Positions 56,879-64,000 of a stretch of DNA of 64,000 nucleotides are shown piece by piece. The stretch spans positions 416,001 to 480,000 of the forward strand of contig CAWEXO010000013.1 in the NCBI GenBank assembly GCA_963813025.1, read 5' to 3'. This stretch comes from an uncultured Verrucomicrobiae bacterium. GTDB lineage: Bacteria > Verrucomicrobiota > Verrucomicrobiia > Chthoniobacterales > JAFAMB01. The notes under the pieces are model-generated. The model saw only the letters and a program-made list of their open reading frames with translations, was not told where the DNA came from and searched no databases. Position numbers and translations under genes: made by a program. Positions within the stretch are counted from its first letter, which is position 1. The number at the start of each line of letters is the position of its first letter.

Positions 56879-57330
56879 TGACAAACTCAGCCCGCTAGCA
56901 GATCCCAATTTTCCCACGTCGGCGATGACGTGCTGGCAAACAGCGGAAAAACGGTAGCAGCTTCATTTTTTCTCGAAACTTGTAAAGTCAGCAAAACAAG
57001 TCTGGCTACAATTCGCGGCGAATTTGACGCACCGGAAAAGCCATGATTCTGAGCCTTGTGATATCACTATACAGAAAAGCGTGATAACTAGAGTCGGTGT
57101 GGTAGCAATAACCTCACTCCGCCGTGCTTGTTGATACTATAGTGAGTAATGCTTTGGACACCGAGAGTACTCAAGTCGGTATTAGTGTAGCTCGTCTGCC
57201 CCCTCGCTGGGACAGCAATAGTAGGCAAATTAAAGTTTATATCTTAAGAAACCATCAAAACTCTCCAACCCATGGGGAACACCTCAGAGCCCAGGCCTTG
57301 CAGCCGTGGCCGACCAAAGAGCAGAAAGAG

Positions 57331-58077
57331 ATGAAGATCCTGAAGTCCGTAGCCAAGAGAGTCATCGCCTACGATCGTCTGCTACACGGCAAACGATGGA
57401 TACATTTCGGCCTTGCCCGCTTCTGTCCCTGCTGCAAGGCACGTGTCCGCAGGTTCATACCATTCGGGCTTGTTAAAAGGCCAGAAGCAAGATGTCCCGT
57501 ATGCGGGTCACTGGAAAGGCACCGTCTCATGTGGCTTTACATGACCCAGAAAACAAGCTTGTTCGACAGGAATCAGAAGAAAATGCTTCATGTTGCTCCC
57601 GAGCCACAGCTATCTCCATTGATCCAGCAAGCGAATTATATCAATTATCTCTCTGCTGATCTGTCCGCTCCCAATGCAATGGTGAAAATGGACATCACAG
57701 ACATTCAATATCCAGATAACACCTTCGATGTTATCTACTGTAGCCATGTTCTTGAACACGTTCAGGACGACAGAAAGGCGATGGGTGAATTTTACCGTGT
57801 TCTCAAGCCCGGCGGCTGGGCGATCCTACAGGTTCCGATCACAGCCGATACAACCTTCGAGTATCCGACGGTCATCAGCCCTAAAGAAAGGGAGCGGTTG
57901 TTCGGACAAGACGATCACGTCCGTCGGTACGGGCCCGACTATAAGGATCGGCTTAAGGAAGCAGGCTTCTCGGTTACGGTTGATGGTTTCGTGCGCGAGT
58001 TAGATAATCGCGCTGTCAGGCGTTTTGGTCTGATGCGGCGCGAAGATGTGTATTTCTGCCGGAAAGAGGCAACATGA
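57331..58077 (+). CDS. Class I methyltransferase-like protein with two N-terminal CxxC motifs
   Basis: CPCC...CPVCGSLERHRL, LHVAPE, CSHVLEHV, RVLKPGG, FGQDDHVRRYG. Confidence 0.85.
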   Translation: MKILKSVAKRVIAYDRLLHGKRWIHFGLARFCPCCKARVRRFIPFGLVKRPEARCPVCGSLERHRLMWLYMTQKTSLFDRNQKKMLHVAPEPQLSPLIQQANYINYLSADLSAPNAMVKMDITDIQYPDNTFDVIYCSHVLEHVQDDRKAMGEFYRVLKPGGWAILQVPITADTTFEYPTVISPKERERLFGQDDHVRRYGPDYKDRLKEAGFSVTVDGFVRELDNRAVRRFGLMRREDVYFCRKEAT

Positions 58078-58233
58078 AGGTTTTTGAGTCGTTCTTTATC
58101 GGCTTTCCAGAAGACGCCGGTTGAGGGGTGCTCGGGGTTGGCTGTGAGCGCGCCAGCAGCAGCGAGCAAAGTGAAATGCACCTATTTTAGGACTAGAGGT
58201 AGTGGAAAAGCTGTCAAAAAACATGCATGAACC

Positions 58234-59407
58234 CTAGTCACATGTCTCTTAAATAATAGTGACATTTATTTCTCCTCAAGAGCGGCCTGCCAAGCGCGCT
58301 GGATCTTGGCCAGAATCTCTTCTCCTTGAGCCCTCCAAACATAACGCTTCGGAGGGAGATTATGTTGAGCCAGGTATTGCATGATCGCCTCAACCAGTTG
58401 GCCGACACTGCCAAAGCTGCCGGGCAGGATCGTCTGCTGGCTCAGATCGCGGAAGAAGCGCTCGACCATATTCATCCAGGAGGAACTGGTTGGGGTATAA
58501 AGTGCAGTTCGAAACGCGGATGGCGTTCCAACCAATTCCGGACGCTCGGATGTTTGTGAGTGGCGTAATTGTCCAGAATGATGTGGATGTGTTGGCTCAC
58601 GGGGATCTCCCGGTCAATGCGCTTGAGGAATTCGAGCCATTGGCGGTGCGTGTGTTTGTGAGCGGTGTGGGCGATTACTTTTCCCTGCAGGTAGTCGAGC
58701 GCGGCAAAGAGGGTGACCGTGCCATTGCGATAGTAATCGTGGGTTTGGGTACGAATATGCCCTTTGCCCAGCGGCAGACCGGGTTGGCTGCGTTGCAGCG
58801 CTTGGATCTGGCTTTTCTCGTCACAGCAAAGCACCACCGCATTCTGGGGCGGATTGAGGTAGAGCCCGATCACGTCCCAAAACTTCGCTTCAAAGTCCGG
58901 ATCGGTCGAAAGCTTAAAGACCCGTGTCAGATGCGGCTTGATTTCATTCTCGCTCCAAACCCGCTGCACGGTTGCCTTGGACAGTCCCAACTCCCGAGCC
59001 ATTGCTCGACAAGTCCAGCGCGCTTGACCGTGCGGAGGCCGGGTGGCTTGATCGAGGATCTGCCGCAAGACAGCGGCTGCAATGCGGCCCTTACGGCCCG
59101 AGCGCGGCTGATCCTGCAAAGCGGCCAGCCCGCCTTCGCTGAAGCGCCTTCGCCACTTCCTGACTTGGTTATAGTGCATATCGACCTCTCGGCCGATGCT
59201 CCGATCCCTTTTGCCTGCTGCCGCCAACTGGATCACTCGCGCCCGTTGGGCCAAGCCATGAGGAGTGCTTTGGGCGCGCAGCAATTGCTGCAGTCGCTGC
59301 TCTTCAGCCGAACTCAATTCCACTTTTCGCCGCGCCCGCTTAGCCATGCAGCCAGCGAAGCATTTTTCCCTTAGAATGTCACTATTATTTAAGAGACACT
59401 AGACTAG
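58234..59407 (-). mobile_element. IS630 family element F (transposase 59347-58266, frameshift near 58490)
   Basis: About 33-bp IRs CTAGTC...TGTCTCTTAAATAATAGTGACATT; CCDEKSQ, ILDNYATHK. Confidence 0.92.
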
Positions 59408-59689
59408 TTGTTTTTTACGATCCGCCACGAACCATGGCTAAAGGCGACTTACTCATATTCGTGGATGACGACAATGTACTCCACACCTTGCGTTCCTTAA
59501 GCAGTTTAGCAAATCAGCGGAGGACAAACCCGAAGTATTTGGTGCCTTAATCGGGTGCGGTTTAGTGCTTATGCGCCAAATCTACGTGAGGAACTGGCTG
59601 CGGTCGCAGACCTTGAATACGTCGCGCGCCTTTCTCATCGGTCGTTCAACGGGGAAAGAAAATGCCAGAGTCCTTGCGGCTTCCCGACA

Positions 59690-60565
59690 ATGAGCATCAT
59701 GTGTGCAAGAGCGAAATCAAAGCAACTAGGGATCGGCATCACCACGAAGGACCGGTGGGATGATCTTGCTGTAACCCTGTCTAACCTGAGGATGAAAGGA
59801 TATGAGGACGTGGCGACCGTCGTCATTGATGACGCCTCTAAAGAGCCATTGCCACCGGGTCTCCGGGAGGTATTCCCGAAAGTCCGTTTTGAAAGAGTGG
59901 ATCACTCTCTTGGATACGTGGTTCAGCGAAATCGCTTGGCGCAGATGCTAAGTTCAACTTATTACTTAAGCCTGGATGACGACTCCTTCCCGGTGGCTGG
60001 TGACATTAGCGATGCCGTCATTTGGCTTGAGGATCACCCCTCCGTAGCCGCTCTGGCGTTCCATATCGTAGAGGGGGATGATACTATTCCCGGCGCCGAA
60101 ACGCCGGGAGAACCATTCCCTGTGCAGTATTTTATCGGCTGTGGGCATCTGGTGCGGCGGAAACAGTTTCTTGAGTTGGGCGGTTACCTGGAGCGATTGC
60201 ATCATTTTGCCGAGGAAAACCAATTTTGTCTGGACGCTTTACTCCAAGGCTTCAGCACCTATGCCTATCCGGCAGTCGTCATTCGCCATAATCGGACGCC
60301 GGTGGCGCGCAATTCGGCTAAAGCGTGCCGCTATTATATTCGCAACCAGGCAATTCTCGGGTTGCTTTATTTCCCCTTTCCCTTTTCCATTCTCCGTGTC
60401 TTGAACTGCCTGCGCCTTCTCAGGAATCCAGAGTGGAATCTTCATCCGAGCAGACTACTGCTGGGATGGCTGGAGGCACTGGTTTGTGCAATCAGCTGGC
60501 GAAAACTGCGTCGGCCGTTATCCCTGGCGCAGTTTCGCGCTTGGAAAGAGTTGCCCTTGCCTTGA
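59690..60565 (+). CDS. GT2 glycosyltransferase
   Basis: ITTKDRWDDL, VVIDDAS, LSLDDDS, FIGCG, LGGY. Confidence 0.85.
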   Translation: MSIMCARAKSKQLGIGITTKDRWDDLAVTLSNLRMKGYEDVATVVIDDASKEPLPPGLREVFPKVRFERVDHSLGYVVQRNRLAQMLSSTYYLSLDDDSFPVAGDISDAVIWLEDHPSVAALAFHIVEGDDTIPGAETPGEPFPVQYFIGCGHLVRRKQFLELGGYLERLHHFAEENQFCLDALLQGFSTYAYPAVVIRHNRTPVARNSAKACRYYIRNQAILGLLYFPFPFSILRVLNCLRLLRNPEWNLHPSRLLLGWLEALVCAISWRKLRRPLSLAQFRAWKELPLP

Positions 60566-61887
60566 ACAGCACCAGCACGTTTACGAGTTCAATAAAGGGC
60601 CTTCCCGGCTGGTTTATGCCCCTCTGGTGCACCGTGATGCCGCTGACCTCGTTTCTCCTCATCCCATCCATCCAGGGGACCATTCCGGCGTATCTGCTGG
60701 CATTTGCCTCCGCACTCTTTGTGATGCTGGGTCGCAACGACAAGGGGGAAACCAACATCCAGCGAAATCGTTACCTCACGGTAGCGTTCTCAGTGGCGGC
60801 AATCTGGCTTCTGCTATTGTGCGGCAGCCAACTGGGACACCTTCTCTCAAATCGGCACGACTTTGGCGACATGTTCCTGATCAACACCGAGGACACACGT
60901 GTTGCGTTCCGCTCGGCCCTATTTACCCAGAGTCTGTATCTGGCTGCTTGCCTTTGCATCGCGTTGTTCTTTCGCTTTTTCTTTCGGGAGGAGTGGATGT
61001 GCTATGTCCTCTGGGGAGGATGGTTCCTGGCGCTCTACGGAATTTATGAATGGCTTTTCTTTTTAATCTTCAAACATCCAGGCGATTTCATTGTGAACCG
61101 CAGCTACGGAGAGCACACGGCGAGCTGGTCGCAGGTAGTCCAGGTGGGGTCTCTCAGCTTGTTACGCATAAAATCTACGTTTGGGGAGCCATCCTGGTTT
61201 GCCGCCGGGGTCATCCCCTATTTTTTTCTTGCTCAGGAATACAAACGGAAATGGCTCTTCGCCGCCCTTCTTTTTTGTCTCCTTTTTTCTATGTCCAGCT
61301 CGGCATTCGTCGCCTTTCCGCTTGCTTTGATTTTGCAAAGTTTATTCCAACGCAAACTGAGCCGCGCGACGGCTATTACTGTTCTTCTGTTCGCCGCGGC
61401 CTTTGCGACCCTTTATTACGTTTTCCCCGACACCTATAACCAAATGTTCACCGCCAAGATGAACGGCGAGAACGATTCCGGCCAAGTCCGACAAGAAGCC
61501 GGGGAAGCGATGACCGACACCGCAAAAACGTTTACGTTCATGAACCGCGTCTTCGGGATAGGTTTCGGGTACTGTTATTCAGGGGTGTTCTATGCCGTTC
61601 TGGTGAATACCGGCTGGATCGGCATGATAGTGTACTTTTACGCGTTTTTGAAACCCGCAATATTCTTACGACCAGAGTATGGAGCCCTTGCTTTTAAAGT
61701 AGCAATGGCATCGCTTTTCTTCCTCTTCTACGTTTCTGTGTCGGAGCTTTTTTTGCCGACGACATGGATGTTCTTAGGGCTCGCTTATTGGCGACTTGAT
61801 CAGCAAAAGGACAGGAAGAGGACAGCGCAACTTGGAGGTATCGGCTCTTCCCTCGATGGCAGCCTTCTGCACGCGGGGAAGAGATAA
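60562..61887 (+). CDS. wzy: Probable polysaccharide polymerase Wzy (multi-TM)
   Basis: About 10 TMs; RIKSTFGEPS, large loop with SGQVR, FGIGFG, NTGWIG; TTG start overlapping the upstream stop is inferred. Confidence 0.7.
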   Translation: MNSTSTFTSSIKGLPGWFMPLWCTVMPLTSFLLIPSIQGTIPAYLLAFASALFVMLGRNDKGETNIQRNRYLTVAFSVAAIWLLLLCGSQLGHLLSNRHDFGDMFLINTEDTRVAFRSALFTQSLYLAACLCIALFFRFFFREEWMCYVLWGGWFLALYGIYEWLFFLIFKHPGDFIVNRSYGEHTASWSQVVQVGSLSLLRIKSTFGEPSWFAAGVIPYFFLAQEYKRKWLFAALLFCLLFSMSSSAFVAFPLALILQSLFQRKLSRATAITVLLFAAAFATLYYVFPDTYNQMFTAKMNGENDSGQVRQEAGEAMTDTAKTFTFMNRVFGIGFGYCYSGVFYAVLVNTGWIGMIVYFYAFLKPAIFLRPEYGALAFKVAMASLFFLFYVSVSELFLPTTWMFLGLAYWRLDQQKDRKRTAQLGGIGSSLDGSLLHAGKR

Positions 61888-61953
61888 ATCCTCGGCATTC
61901 GAAAAAAGGGCCTACGCATCTTTGAAGACGGAAGGGCGAGGCGAAAGGTCGAA

Positions 61954-62889
61954 GTGCGAATGAAGGGAAATTTGTCCGTCTCGGTCATTATACCGAGTTT
62001 CAATCGTCCTCAACTTACATTGCGGGCGGTCAAAAGCGTCCTGGCCCAGACGTGGCCCAATTTCGAGATCTTAGTGATCGACGATGGTTCTCGTGAGGAC
62101 CAAATCTACCCAAGCGAGCTCTTCAATGATGAGCGGGTGAGAATGATTCGCCATCCGGCTAATCTGGGAGTTTCAGCAGCTCGCAATACGGGAGTGAAAG
62201 GGTCCCGCTTCCCGCTCATTGCTTTTTTGGACTCTGATGATCACTGGCTACCAGAGAAACTCGAGAGGCAACTCGCAGCGTACGACAGGCACCGCTCGAA
62301 ACACAATATCTTGGTCTTTTCTTCCTATTATGGCGAGCAGGGTGAAATGCGGACAATCTATCCCTTGAGTCCATGGAGAAGGAACCAAGCCTTAAGTGAC
62401 TTCATCTTTCTGGGTTGCGGCAGTCTAGCTACCTGCACCTGGCTAACGAGCCGGACGCTGCTTCAGCAATTTCCATTCGATGTCCATCTTTCGCAGTGCG
62501 AGGATTACGACCTGCTCTTGCGGATGGAGGCGGCAGGCGTGGAGTTTGTCTGGTGCAAAACCCCGGACACCGTGGTCCATTATGATCTAAGGGAAGATCG
62601 GCTCAGCAGTCGGTTGCGCACGAAATTTTACTCTAAATTTCTGGAACAGAACAGCAAACGTCTAACTCCAATGTCCTATGTGGTCCTGGAATCGATCATT
62701 TTGAATGCGACGGATGAGGCTTCGTCGGGAAGAAAGCTGCAAAATCACATTCGCCGTTTTCTCTCTAGCCCTCGTTTGAATTGGCTGGCAAGGGTACGTT
62801 TGGTGCTGACCTATATTATTCGACGCTCCGCTGCAAGAATGAGGCTAAGGCTCAAGCTCAGGGTGCAGAACAACAGCGTGCTTTGTTGA
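61954..62889 (+). CDS. GT2 glycosyltransferase
   Basis: VSVIIPSFNR, VIDDGS, GVSAARNTG, AFLDSDD, EDYDL. Confidence 0.9.
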   Translation: MRMKGNLSVSVIIPSFNRPQLTLRAVKSVLAQTWPNFEILVIDDGSREDQIYPSELFNDERVRMIRHPANLGVSAARNTGVKGSRFPLIAFLDSDDHWLPEKLERQLAAYDRHRSKHNILVFSSYYGEQGEMRTIYPLSPWRRNQALSDFIFLGCGSLATCTWLTSRTLLQQFPFDVHLSQCEDYDLLLRMEAAGVEFVWCKTPDTVVHYDLREDRLSSRLRTKFYSKFLEQNSKRLTPMSYVVLESIILNATDEASSGRKLQNHIRRFLSSPRLNWLARVRLVLTYIIRRSAARMRLRLKLRVQNNSVLC

Positions 62890-63291
62890 TAGCATATCTC
62901 AAGCAGGAGGGACTGTTTTCGGGCATGGCCCTGGCAATCGTCGACGTCGGATGGAACAAAAATCTTTAGGGTTCGCTCAGTATTGTCCTAAAGCAGGAAG
63001 GTTGCAAACCGACAGGCACTTTCGATGTGGGCTCGAACGATCGCGAGTCTGGACCGAAGACTGGCGATCGTAAGGCACATCTATTTGGCCTCGATCCTAC
63101 CTGGAGGCTGCCAATCCCGCTGCCGCAGATTGAGCTTATCGTTGCCAAGCAAGGGCAGTCAAGGAGTATGTGAGCTGGATAACTTCAGGCAATAACCAAG
63201 GTGCAAAAGTTGGAGCAAGTAGATGTTAAGGATTTGCTCATGGAGATGTTTTTTCAACCAAGCATCGGCAAGGTTATGGGTTATCCTGATG

Positions 63292-64000
63292 CTGACCTGA
63301 CCCCCAAAAAAGTAGAGATGTGAAAAAATGCAGTTCTGCCCGATAAGAAGGAGCAGAACCAATGAAAAGAAGTCGATTCAGTGAAGAGCAAATCATCGGA
63401 GTGCTGAAGGAAGCTGGAGCAACGACAGTCAAGGGCACGTGCGCCAAGTACAACATCAGCGATGCGACCTATTACAACTGGAAGCGCAAATACAGTGGGA
63501 TCGATGTGGATGCAGCGCGGCGATTGCGAGCGCTTGAAGACGAGAATGGACGGCTGAAGCGATTGGTGGCCGAGTTGTCGATCCAGAATCAGATCCTCAA
63601 AGAGGTCAATTCAAAAAAATGGTAAGTCCGTCAAGCCGGCGACGGGCTGTAAGCTACATAGTCGAACAAGGCTTGGGCAGCGCCGCCCAATGCTGCCGAG
63701 CCCTTGGGTTGGCGCGTTCGAGCTATTATCGCAGGAGTCGAGTCAGTACAAAGCGAGTGCTCATGAAGCAACGGATTATCGAGTTGAGTGAAGCGCATCC
63801 CCGGTATGGCTATCGACGAGTCAGGGCGTTACTGCGTCGAGAAGGCCAACGGGTCAATACCAAGTGTGTACAGCGGATTCGGCGCCAGGAAGCTTACGGG
63901 TACGCAAGAATCAACGCGCGACTCGACGGGTTGGAATCTCGACGGCGCTTCGCCAACGAGCCGAGCGTGCCAATCAGGTCTGGAGTTGGGACATCATTCA
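63292..64000 (+). mobile_element. IS3 family (IS407-like) element, runs off the window; orfA 63362-63625
   Basis: Left end TGACCTGACCCCC; MKRSRFSEEQII...SKKW with A7 slippery site; orfB HPRYGYRR, NQVWSWD. Confidence 0.9.

Noticed and set aside
59435..59482. GT2 relic KGDLLIFVDDDNVL, and relic AIVDVGW near 62935
   Set aside because: Too short to annotate confidently
1..64000. CRISPR array, tRNA or rRNA
   Set aside because: No regularly spaced direct repeats or recognisable structural RNA genes; long repeats are IS copies

Overview
A heavily IS-invaded surface-polysaccharide region of a roughly 55-60% GC bacterium. Gene style and intergenic repeats suggest Verrucomicrobia (inference only). 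Left part (1-13.7 kb): epimerase, DegT aminotransferase, wzx, wbpA-like dehydrogenase, DUF218, gmhA, wza. Right part (40-63 kb): wzc, wcaJ-like transferase, NusG/RfaH paralogue, three broken wzm/wzt sets, wzx, wzy, glycosyltransferases and five methyltransferases. Between them are a mosaic of truncated metabolic genes (13.7-25.7 kb), including a DoxX / TusA-radical SAM / PhnD-fold / acyl-CoA dehydrogenase cassette, and a 14 kb nest of IS630, IS66, IS256, IS1380, IS110 and IS3 elements. The best finding is an IS110 element (36323-37977) whose non-coding left end has four guide segments matching both halves of its insertion site, inside an IS256, and both halves of its own circle junction. This is a directly decodable bridge RNA that appears to target another transposon. 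Many single-base frameshifts are probably long-read errors. All calls are from reading the sequence; no searches were run.
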